Assembly: GCA_965219085.1 (NCBI GenBank)
Contig: OZ244720.1
Location: 2,880,001 to 2,944,000 of the forward strand
Origin: Dehalococcoidia bacterium
GTDB taxonomy: Bacteria > Chloroflexota > Dehalococcoidia > UBA2979
DNA: 64,000 nucleotides
Direction: 5' to 3'
Shown one piece after another: positions 56,364 to 64,000 of the stretch; position 1 is the stretch's first letter, and every line of letters starts with the position of its first letter. Made by a program: the position numbers and the translations under genes. The notes under the pieces were generated by a model. That model made no database searches and was not told where the DNA came from. It saw only the letters and a list, made by a program, of their open reading frames with translations.

Positions 56364-56439
56364 AACGCACTCCAATGGGCCCCGCAGCGAGCATAGCCGC
56401 GAGGCGCCTGTGGTAGAACGCTCGCAGGAGGGATCGCCC

Positions 56440-57135
56440 GTGCCGGATACGCAGGACGCGCTGGCCGTACTGCACGACGAGATCGTCGCGTGCCGCGCGT
56501 GCCCGCGGCTCGTCGAGTGGCGCGAGCAGGTCGCGCGCGAGAAGCGCGCGGCGTACCGGGACTGGGACTACTGGGGCCGCCCGGTGCCCGGCTTCGGCGA
56601 CCCCGCGGCGCGGCTCGTCATCGTCGGCCTCGCGCCCGCCGCGCACGGGGCGAACCGCACGGGCCGCGTCTTCACCGGCGACCGCTCCGGCGACTGGCTG
56701 TTCGGCGCGATGCACCGCGCGGGGTTCGCGAACCAGCCCACTGCCGAGCACCGCGACGACGGACTCGCGCTCCTCGACGCTTACGTGCTCGCCGCGGTGC
56801 GCTGCCCGCCGCCCAAGAACCGCCCGACGACCGTGGAGCGCGACCAATGCCGTCCGTTCCTTGAACGCGAGCTGGCGCTGCTCCCGAACCAACGCGTGCT
56901 CCTCGCCCTCGGTGGGTGGGCGCTCGGCGTCCTCGCGACCGTTGAGGGGGTGCGCCCGCGCCCGAAGTTTGGGCACGGCGCGGAGTTCGAGTTGCCAGAC
57001 GGCCGCGTGCTGCTGTGCTCGTACCACCCGAGCCAGCAGAACACCTTCACGGGCCGCCTCACCCAGCCGATGTCCGACGGAGTCTTCGCGCGTGCCCGCG
57101 CACTCCTCGACGGCGCGCCCGTCGGCTCAGCCTGA
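56440..57135 (+). CDS. Uracil-DNA glycosylase family 5 (UdgB)
   Basis: CRACPRLVEWRE, GLAPAAHGANRTGRVFTGD, YHPSQQNT. Confidence 0.92.
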   Translation: MPDTQDALAVLHDEIVACRACPRLVEWREQVAREKRAAYRDWDYWGRPVPGFGDPAARLVIVGLAPAAHGANRTGRVFTGDRSGDWLFGAMHRAGFANQPTAEHRDDGLALLDAYVLAAVRCPPPKNRPTTVERDQCRPFLERELALLPNQRVLLALGGWALGVLATVEGVRPRPKFGHGAEFELPDGRVLLCSYHPSQQNTFTGRLTQPMSDGVFARARALLDGAPVGSA

Positions 57136-57795
57136 CCCCAGGCCCTCGATGAACCGCACGACGGCCTCGGCGGCGCCGTCGAGGTTCGCGTCGAGCGTGT
57201 GGCCCGAGCGCTTCCGTGGCACGAATGAGTGGTCGCCGTCCGGGACCCAGTGCAGCGCGATGGCCGCGCTGAGGTCGTACGAGTCGACCTCGTCGCGCGT
57301 GGCGAAGCGGTCGCGCTCGCCCTGGCAGATGAGCGTCGGCGTGCGCAGCGCGGCGAGGTGGTCGGTGCGCAGCCGCTCCGGCTTGCCGAGCGGGCGGAAC
57401 GGGTAGCCGAGCACGACGAGCCCGCCCACGCCCGCCTCGTCGGCGACCATGCTGGCGACGCGCCCGCCCATCGACTTGCCGCCGATGACCAGCCGCGACG
57501 GGTCGCCGAGCGCCGCGATCACCTCCCACCACGCCTCGAGGAGGATGCGAGCGGCGTTCGGCGCGCGCCTGCGGCCGGTCGCACGCTGCACGCGCATGTA
57601 CGGGAACTCGAACCGCACGACCTCGATGCCCGCGGCGGTGACGCGCTCCGCGATGCCCGTCATGAACGGCGCGTCCATCGCCAGGCCCGCCCCATGCGTG
57701 AGCACGAGCGTCCACGCGGCATCGCCGGGTCCGTCGCGCAGCAGCTCGAGGGGTGGGCTCTCGGTCCGGCGGGTGTTCGTCGTGCTCGGGCTCAT
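57127..57795 (-). CDS. Alpha/beta hydrolase family protein
   Basis: THGAG, GGKSMGGR, QGERD, GDHS. Confidence 0.88.
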   Translation of the reverse strand: MSPSTTNTRRTESPPLELLRDGPGDAAWTLVLTHGAGLAMDAPFMTGIAERVTAAGIEVVRFEFPYMRVQRATGRRRAPNAARILLEAWWEVIAALGDPSRLVIGGKSMGGRVASMVADEAGVGGLVVLGYPFRPLGKPERLRTDHLAALRTPTLICQGERDRFATRDEVDSYDLSAAIALHWVPDGDHSFVPRKRSGHTLDANLDGAAEAVVRFIEGLGSG

Positions 57796-57847
57796 GCGGT
57801 CAGGCTATCCTCGCGACGCAACTTCCGGTGCGCGAAAGGTGGCGGCG

Positions 57848-58588
57848 ATGCGGCTCGAAGGCAAGGTGGCGATGGTGACCGGCGCGGGATCGGGCATCGG
57901 CCGCGCGACATCCGTCACGCTCGCGCGCGAGGGCGCCGTGGTGATGTGCGCAGACCTCAACCTCGACGGCGCACGCGAGACCGCCTACGAGATCACGACC
58001 GCGGGCGGGGCGGCCGCCCCGCGGGGACTCGATGTCCGCGACGAAGACGCCGTGCGCGAGGCGCTGGAGGCTACCGTCGCCGACTTCGGCGCGCTGCACA
58101 TCCTCATCAACGACGCCGGGATCGGCGGCCGAGACCACACGTGGGACGACCTGATCGAGGTCAACCTCAACGGCGTCTACTACGGCCTCAAGCACGGCGC
58201 GCCGCTGATCGAGGCGTCCGGCGGCGGCTCGATCGTCAGCCTCTCCTCGATCCTCGGGCTGATCGGCATCCCCGGCACGAACGACGAGGGCACGGGGTAC
58301 ACGGCCTCGAAGCACGGCGTGGTCGGGCTCACCCGCGCCTACGCGCTGCAGTACGCACGCCGGGGCGTGCGCGTGAACTGCGTGAACCCCGGCTTCGTCG
58401 AGACCCCGCTCACCGCGCCGCTGTGGGACGACCCGGTCCGTCTCGAGCAGACGACCGCGCGGCACCCGATCGGGCGCCTCGGCCAGCCGGAGGAGATCGC
58501 CGACGCAATCCTGTTCCTGGTCAGCGAGGAGGCCTCGTTCATCACGGGCGTCGCGCTGCCCGTCGACGGCGGCTATACCGCACAGTAG
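57848..58588 (+). CDS. SDR family oxidoreductase
   Basis: TGAGSGIG, YTASK, NCVNPG, VDGG. Confidence 0.93.
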   Translation: MRLEGKVAMVTGAGSGIGRATSVTLAREGAVVMCADLNLDGARETAYEITTAGGAAAPRGLDVRDEDAVREALEATVADFGALHILINDAGIGGRDHTWDDLIEVNLNGVYYGLKHGAPLIEASGGGSIVSLSSILGLIGIPGTNDEGTGYTASKHGVVGLTRAYALQYARRGVRVNCVNPGFVETPLTAPLWDDPVRLEQTTARHPIGRLGQPEEIADAILFLVSEEASFITGVALPVDGGYTAQ

Positions 58589-58606
58589 AGCGTGGCTATC
58601 GTCGGC

Positions 58607-59110
58607 TCAGGAACGTTTGCCGAGACTCGGGAGGCCCCCCTGATAGGGTCGAGCGACGCGCTGTCGCGCCGCCCTAATAGCTCGGGCGCGCGACGACTCC
58701 TTACCGACTCTCAGTTCGTCGAGCCGGCGGGCAACCGCCTTGGCCAACGGGTCGGGGCTTGGTGGCTTCGAGGCTTCGGCTTCCCGGAGGACACTCACCC
58801 AGTTCTTGCGCTTCGAAGGTCGCGAATCCCGCGTTCGGGTCCTGAGCGATTCGATCCCGAATGTCTTGCGGGGCCGGGCCTTCCTCACGCGCAGGCGACG
58901 ACCGCGGAACAGCTGACGGTTCAGAGCAAGCATCGCCTTGTAGGCAGCGGTATCCGGCATCTCGACGAACGCAATCCCGCGTGGCCTGCCCGTCGCCCGA
59001 TCGGTCGGCAGGTGTGTACTCAGCACCTCCCCGTAGGGCTCGAAGAGCTTCCGAAGGTCGAAGTCGCTGGTGGCGTAAGGGAGATTCGCAATGTAGAGCC
59101 TCACGCTCAC
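58607..59110 (-). CDS. RRM RNA-binding protein with basic C-terminal extension
   Basis: RNP2 LYIANL, RNP1 RGIAFVEM; AGG RBS and GTG start at 59110. Confidence 0.82.
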   Translation of the reverse strand: MSVRLYIANLPYATSDFDLRKLFEPYGEVLSTHLPTDRATGRPRGIAFVEMPDTAAYKAMLALNRQLFRGRRLRVRKARPRKTFGIESLRTRTRDSRPSKRKNWVSVLREAEASKPPSPDPLAKAVARRLDELRVGKESSRARAIRAARQRVARPYQGGLPSLGKRS

Positions 59111-59226
59111 ACCTATCCTGTTGGCACGCCCGCCGAGTGCGTGACGCTCCCGACTCCGGCAGCAGCGTAGCACGCGTTGGCCGAGACCTCGGGCAGTCCC
59201 AGTCCGCCCCTCGTGCAGCTCCTCCG

Positions 59227-60546
59227 TCAGTCGAGGCGGCGCAGCAGCGGCGAGAAGGCGAGGAAGCCGAGGCTCATCACGACGAGCAGCGTCGCCATCC
59301 CGCCGAGCGCCCACTCCGCGCCCACGGCCTCTGCGATGAGCCCGATGACGAACGCGCCGAGCGACATGAGGCTGATCTGCGTCATGTAGATCGACATCAC
59401 GCGTCCCCGGTAGGCGTTCTCGGTGTACGACTGCAGCAGCACGTTGCCCAGCGCCTGGCGCCCCGCGCTGCCGACCCCGATGAAGAACATGAACGCGCCG
59501 CCGATCCAGATGGTCGGCGAGGCTGAGAACCCGACCAGGGCGAAGCCCATCACGAGGCCGCTCGCGAGCAGCATCAGACCTCGGCGCTTCGGGGGCAGCG
59601 AGGCGAGCGTCAGCGCGCCGATGAGCGAACCGACGCCGCCCACCGAGATGAGGACGCCCAGCTCTTCGGGGCCCCCGCCGAAGATCTCCTCGACGAACCC
59701 GGGCAGCATGAGCAGGTACGGCATCGCGAGGATCGAGATCACGAAGGTCATGATCAGCAGCACGAGGATCGTCGTGTCGCCGCGGATGTAGCGCAGGCCG
59801 TCGGCCATGCCGCCGCCGCTCGCGCTGCTCCGTGCCCGGCCGCCGGCCTCGTGGCGCAGGCGCACGGGCCCGAGCGCAGTGACGGCGAGCAGGTACATCG
59901 CCGTCATGATGAAGTAGAGCGCCTCGGCGCCGATCCAGGCGATCAGGAAGCCGCCGGCCGCCGGCCCCATCAGCCGCATCAGGTTCATGCCCGCCGCCTG
60001 TAGCGAGACGGCGTTCATGAGCCGTTCCATGCCGACCACCTCGGGCAGGATCGACTGCCTCGACGGCATCATGAGCGCCATCACCACGCCCTGGGTCGCG
60101 CCCGCCGCCAGCAGGTAGGTGAACGAGAGCAGGTCGGCGACGAGGAGCAGCCCGACGCACAGCGCGATGAGCGCGCTCACCGCCTGGCCTGCCTGCAGCA
60201 CGCGCTTCTTCGGGAACCGGTCGGCTATGACTCCGCCGTACAGCGAGAGCGCGAGCATCGGAATGGCGTTCGCCAGCCCGATGAGGCCGAGGGCTGCGAA
60301 GCTGCCGGTGAGCTCGTACGCGAGGTAGCCGCGCGCGAGCATCTGCATGTTCATCGCGCCCATCTGGCCGAGCAGCGCGAGGTAGAACCACCGGAAGTCA
60401 CGGTCGCTCAGCGACTCGAAGGTGCGCAGCTGGAATCGCCCCGTGCGGGCGGCGCCGGGAGCGGCTACCGGAGTGGTCTCCGCGCGGACAGCCTCGGCGA
60501 TCCCGGCGTGCGTCATCTCCGCGACCTGGATCGGCGAGGTGGTCAC
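59227..60546 (-). CDS. MFS transporter
   Basis: FESLSDRDFRW, GGVIADR, MPSRQS, YRGRVMS. Confidence 0.88.
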   Translation of the reverse strand: MTTSPIQVAEMTHAGIAEAVRAETTPVAAPGAARTGRFQLRTFESLSDRDFRWFYLALLGQMGAMNMQMLARGYLAYELTGSFAALGLIGLANAIPMLALSLYGGVIADRFPKKRVLQAGQAVSALIALCVGLLLVADLLSFTYLLAAGATQGVVMALMMPSRQSILPEVVGMERLMNAVSLQAAGMNLMRLMGPAAGGFLIAWIGAEALYFIMTAMYLLAVTALGPVRLRHEAGGRARSSASGGGMADGLRYIRGDTTILVLLIMTFVISILAMPYLLMLPGFVEEIFGGGPEELGVLISVGGVGSLIGALTLASLPPKRRGLMLLASGLVMGFALVGFSASPTIWIGGAFMFFIGVGSAGRQALGNVLLQSYTENAYRGRVMSIYMTQISLMSLGAFVIGLIAEAVGAEWALGGMATLLVVMSLGFLAFSPLLRRLD

Positions 60547-60750
60547 GAGCGGTGTTCGCCCCGGCCGTAGCCCGTGCGGCGTGGCAGTTCGCGTAAAGGT
60601 TGGGTCACCCCGTGAGTGTAGGCGATGATCACCCAGCGTTCCGGTGAGCCTCCCTTCGCCGCGTGCTTCACGCGAGACGTTGAGCCCATAGAATGCCTCG
60701 AGGCCCCAGCGAGCCCGGATTCGGCGCGCGACGGGGACCGGGAGGTGGCC

Positions 60751-61044
60751 GTGGCTGACGTGCGCTTTGTCGGCAAGGCGATGGACGACCTCGCCGATGA
60801 CTGGCACTGGGTCGTGCTGCGCGGCGCCGAGGAGGTGGAGCCTCGGCTCTACCTCACCGGCCGCGTCGACACCGTGTGCGGCATCCTCATCTCGGATCGC
60901 CCGAGGCGCGTTCGGCTCTTCGACATGGGCGCGCCCGACACACCGACGTGCCCGCGCTGCAATGCCGACGGCCTCCCGCCGGGCCTGCTCGCCGACGTGC
61001 GCGAAGCTCTCGAGCAAGCCGAGCGGACGCCGGCCGAGGTGTAG
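60751..61044 (+). CDS. Small hypothetical protein with H-C-CxxC putative zinc site
   Basis: WH...TVCG...TCPRC; GGAGG RBS. Confidence 0.6.
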   Translation: MADVRFVGKAMDDLADDWHWVVLRGAEEVEPRLYLTGRVDTVCGILISDRPRRVRLFDMGAPDTPTCPRCNADGLPPGLLADVREALEQAERTPAEV

Positions 61045-61084
61045 GCGGCGACCCGCGCGCGGGCGGCGGCGGTATACTGCGCGC

Positions 61085-63931
61085 GTGCCTCTCGACGTCT
61101 CCGGCCGCCCCGACCTGCTTGTCATCCTCGACTCGCACGGGATCATCTACCGCTCGTACTTCGCGCTGCGCGACAGCTTCGCCAGCACCGTGCGGCGCAC
61201 CGGTGAGCCGGTGTGGGCGGTCTACGGCTACGCCAACTCGCTGCTCTACGTGCTCGATGAGTTGCACCCGACGCACATCATCGCGGCCTGGGACGGCCCC
61301 GGGCCGACCTTCCGCCACGAGGCCGACGCCACCTACAAGGCAACGCGGCAGCCGATGCCGGACGACCTCAAGCCGCAGGTGAGCCGCGTCCGCGACGTGC
61401 TCGACGCGTTCCGCATCCCTGTCGTCGAGGCGCCCGGCTACGAGGCCGACGACGTGCTCGGCACGCTCGCCCGGCAGGCGGTCGCCGCGGGCATCGAGAC
61501 GGTCCTCGTGACCCTCGACCACGACATGGTGCAGCTCGTGCAGCCGGGTGTGAAGGTGCTGATGTACCGCCCGTACCAGCGCGACTACGTGCTCTACGAC
61601 GAGGAGCGCGTGCGCGAACGCTGGGGCTTCAACCCCACGCAGATGACGGACTACAAGGCGCTCGTCGGCGACGCCACTGACAACATCGCGGGCGTGAAGG
61701 GCATCGGTGAGAAGGGCGCGAAGGCGCTCATCGAGCAGTGGGGCACGCTCGAGGCGATGATCGAGCACGTCGACGAGCTCAAGCCGCCGCGCGCGCAGAA
61801 GGCCCTCGCGGCCCAGCAGGACGAGGCGCGTCACTACAAGCACATGGCCACGATCGTGACCGAGACGCCGGGCGTCACGCTCGACCTCGGAGCCTCGCAA
61901 GTGCACGACTACGACCGCGCGGCCGTGCTGAAGCTGTTCCAGGAGCTCGAGTTCCGCTCGCTCGTGAGCCGCCTGCCCCAGCACGCCGACATGGCCGACG
62001 CGCCTGACGGCGCCGAGCAGGCCGAGGGCGCCATCACGCGCGGCGGCGACTACGAGCTGGTCACCACGCCGGAGCGCCTCGCCGAGGTTGTCGAAGCGGT
62101 GCGCGCGGCGGGCCGGTTCGGCTTCGACGTCGTCGCCGACGACGATCACCCGATGCGCGCCGCGTTCGGCCTCGTGGGCGTCGCGCTGAGCGTCGAGGCC
62201 GGCAAGGGGTGGTACGTGCCGTTCGGGCACACCCACGAGCCGCCCCCGCCGTCCGAGGGACAGCAGGAGTTGAATCTCGACGCCTCGAACGGTGCGGAGC
62301 CGCTGCCGCCACTGGACCAGCTCCCGCGCGACGCGGCGCTCGCCGCGCTCGCTTCGCTGTTCACGGACCCGGACATCGAGCGCGTCGCCCACCTGGGCAA
62401 GAACCACATGCTCGCGCTCGGCTCCGCGCCGGGCGGCTTCTGGACGGCCGGCATCGACTTCGACACCTCGATCGCCGGCTACGTGCTCGGCGAGCGCAGC
62501 GTCGAGGTGCGCGGGCTCGCCTTCGAGCGGCTCGGGCACGAGCTGGTCGAGGAGAAGGCGCTGCTCGGCACGGGGCGCAAGGCCATCCCCTTCTCGCGCA
62601 CCGCGCCCGAGGACACCCGCGACTACGCCGCCGGCAACGCGGACGCGGCACTCCGGCTCGCCGACGATCTGCGCCCGGAACTCGAGGCGACGCAACTCGA
62701 CCGCGTGTTCACGGAGATCGACCTCCCGCACATACCCGTGCTCGCGCGCATGGAGCAGCGCGGCCTCGCCGTCGACCGCGAGGCCCTCGGCATCCTCGGC
62801 GCCGAGCTCGCCGAGGAGGTGGCGACCGCTGAGCACGAGGTCTACGAGGCTGTCGGCCACGAGTTCCAGATCGGCTCGCCGCAGCAGCTCTCGCACGTGC
62901 TGTTCGAGGAGCTTGAGCTGCCCAAGACGCGCAAGACCGCGACGGGCTGGACCACCGACGCGAACGCCCTCGAACCGCTGCGCGGCTCGCACGACGCCGT
63001 TGCAGCGGTGCTGAAGTGGCGCGAGCTGACCAAGATCAAGTCGACGTACGTCGACACGTTGCCGTTGCAGGTCAACCCGCACACCGGGCGCGTGCATACC
63101 GTGTTCTCGCAGACCGTCGCGGCCACGGGCCGGCTCTCCTCGAACGACCCGAACCTGCAGAACATCCCCGTGCGCACCGAGGTCGGCAACGCGGTGCGCA
63201 GCGCGTTCGTCGCGCGCGACTGCGGCGACGACCCGCTGCTGCTGTCGTTCGACTACTCGCAGATCGAGTTGCGCATCCTCGCGCACGTCTCGGGCGACGA
63301 GGAGTTGCGGACGGCGTTCCACAACGGCGAGGACATTCACCGCGCGACCGCATCGCGCGTGTTCGGCGTGGCGGAGGGCGACGTCGACGCGGAGATGCGG
63401 CGTCGGGCGAAGGTGTTCAACTTCGGCGTGCTCTACGGCCTCACCGCCTTCGGGCTCTCGCAGCGCGAGGGCATCCCGCGCGACGAGGCCGAGGAGTTCA
63501 TCCGCGCCTACTTCGAGGCGTACCCGTCGGTGGCGCAGTGGCGTGACGACGTGGTCACCGAGGCGCGCGACCGCGGCTACGCCGAGACGCTCACGGGGCG
63601 CCGTCGCTACATCCCGGAGCTGCGCTCGCGCAACCGCAACCGGCGGATGGGGGCCGAGCGCATCGCGATCAACATGCCGATCCAGGGCACGGCCGCCGAC
63701 ATCATCAAGATCGCCATGAACGATATCGACGAGGAGCTGATCGAGCACCGCAGGCGCGGCGGACTCGCGCACATGGTGCTGCAGGTCCACGACGAGCTGC
63801 TCTTCGAGCTGCCTCGCGACGAGTTGGAGCCGGTGCGCGAGATGGCGTCGCGGCTCATGCCCTCGATCGAGCTTGCCGTCCCCCTCGACCTCGACGAGAA
63901 GTCGGGGCGCTCGTGGGGCGAGATGGAGTGA
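61085..63931 (+). CDS. polA: DNA polymerase I
   Basis: 5' nuclease (YEADD, GDATDNIAGVKG), ATGRLSS, DYSQIELR, RAKVFNFG, QVHDE. Confidence 0.96.
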   Translation: MPLDVSGRPDLLVILDSHGIIYRSYFALRDSFASTVRRTGEPVWAVYGYANSLLYVLDELHPTHIIAAWDGPGPTFRHEADATYKATRQPMPDDLKPQVSRVRDVLDAFRIPVVEAPGYEADDVLGTLARQAVAAGIETVLVTLDHDMVQLVQPGVKVLMYRPYQRDYVLYDEERVRERWGFNPTQMTDYKALVGDATDNIAGVKGIGEKGAKALIEQWGTLEAMIEHVDELKPPRAQKALAAQQDEARHYKHMATIVTETPGVTLDLGASQVHDYDRAAVLKLFQELEFRSLVSRLPQHADMADAPDGAEQAEGAITRGGDYELVTTPERLAEVVEAVRAAGRFGFDVVADDDHPMRAAFGLVGVALSVEAGKGWYVPFGHTHEPPPPSEGQQELNLDASNGAEPLPPLDQLPRDAALAALASLFTDPDIERVAHLGKNHMLALGSAPGGFWTAGIDFDTSIAGYVLGERSVEVRGLAFERLGHELVEEKALLGTGRKAIPFSRTAPEDTRDYAAGNADAALRLADDLRPELEATQLDRVFTEIDLPHIPVLARMEQRGLAVDREALGILGAELAEEVATAEHEVYEAVGHEFQIGSPQQLSHVLFEELELPKTRKTATGWTTDANALEPLRGSHDAVAAVLKWRELTKIKSTYVDTLPLQVNPHTGRVHTVFSQTVAATGRLSSNDPNLQNIPVRTEVGNAVRSAFVARDCGDDPLLLSFDYSQIELRILAHVSGDEELRTAFHNGEDIHRATASRVFGVAEGDVDAEMRRRAKVFNFGVLYGLTAFGLSQREGIPRDEAEEFIRAYFEAYPSVAQWRDDVVTEARDRGYAETLTGRRRYIPELRSRNRNRRMGAERIAINMPIQGTAADIIKIAMNDIDEELIEHRRRGGLAHMVLQVHDELLFELPRDELEPVREMASRLMPSIELAVPLDLDEKSGRSWGEME

Positions 63932-63961
63932 GCGCGGCCGAGCCACCGGCACGCCCGACCG

Positions 63962-64000
63962 ATGCCTGAACTCCCCGAAGTCGAGACGATCCGCCGCGAC
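63962..64000 (+). CDS. mutM: Fpg/MutM DNA glycosylase, 5' end (truncated by window)
   Basis: MPELPEVETIRRD immediately downstream of polA. Confidence 0.88.
   Translation, partial: MPELPEVETIRRD

Noticed and set aside
53806-57027. Very long antisense ORFs (also 60887-63952, 31730-34468, 47693-49690, 21056-22915)
   Set aside because: Shadow frames of real high-GC genes; no recognisable motifs of their own

Overview
High-GC (visually about 70%) bacterial chromosome segment. Gene content (membrane-anchored YvcK next to secG/fmt/gatB, F420-type LLM and PPOX enzymes, PAC2 protein, giant FtsX permeases, split GcvPA/PB) suggests Chloroflexota, probably Dehalococcoidia; this is inference only. Most of the window is core or metabolic: hydantoinase/oxoprolinase A+B, rplY, rlmN, fmt, secG, yvcK, gatB, tRNA-Gly(CCC), tRNA-Leu(TAA), ilvA, gcvT-H-PA-PB, a betaine ABC transporter, fdhD/YdeP-like/mobA, udgB, polA and the start of mutM. 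Notable items: (1) an Lhr helicase-Ku-LigD repair cluster, flanked by vapBC and an NYN nuclease, with a probable LexA box; (2) a palindromic element (GCGGGGATACCCCGC) inserted in-frame in both Lhr and LigD, in different reading frames, and amplified 4x in LigD; (3) an unannotated rod-like ncRNA, a 6S-like candidate, beside gatB; (4) head-to-head ~1120-aa FtsX permeases with two ATPases; (5) three DUF1640/CCDC90-like small membrane proteins in two mini-islands; (6) an RRM protein with a basic tail ending QGGLPSLGKRS; (7) repeated signatures of leaderless transcription. Several genes carry clustered frameshifts that look like sequencing errors. No CRISPR array, integrase or transposase was seen. 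All family calls come from motif recognition, not database searches.
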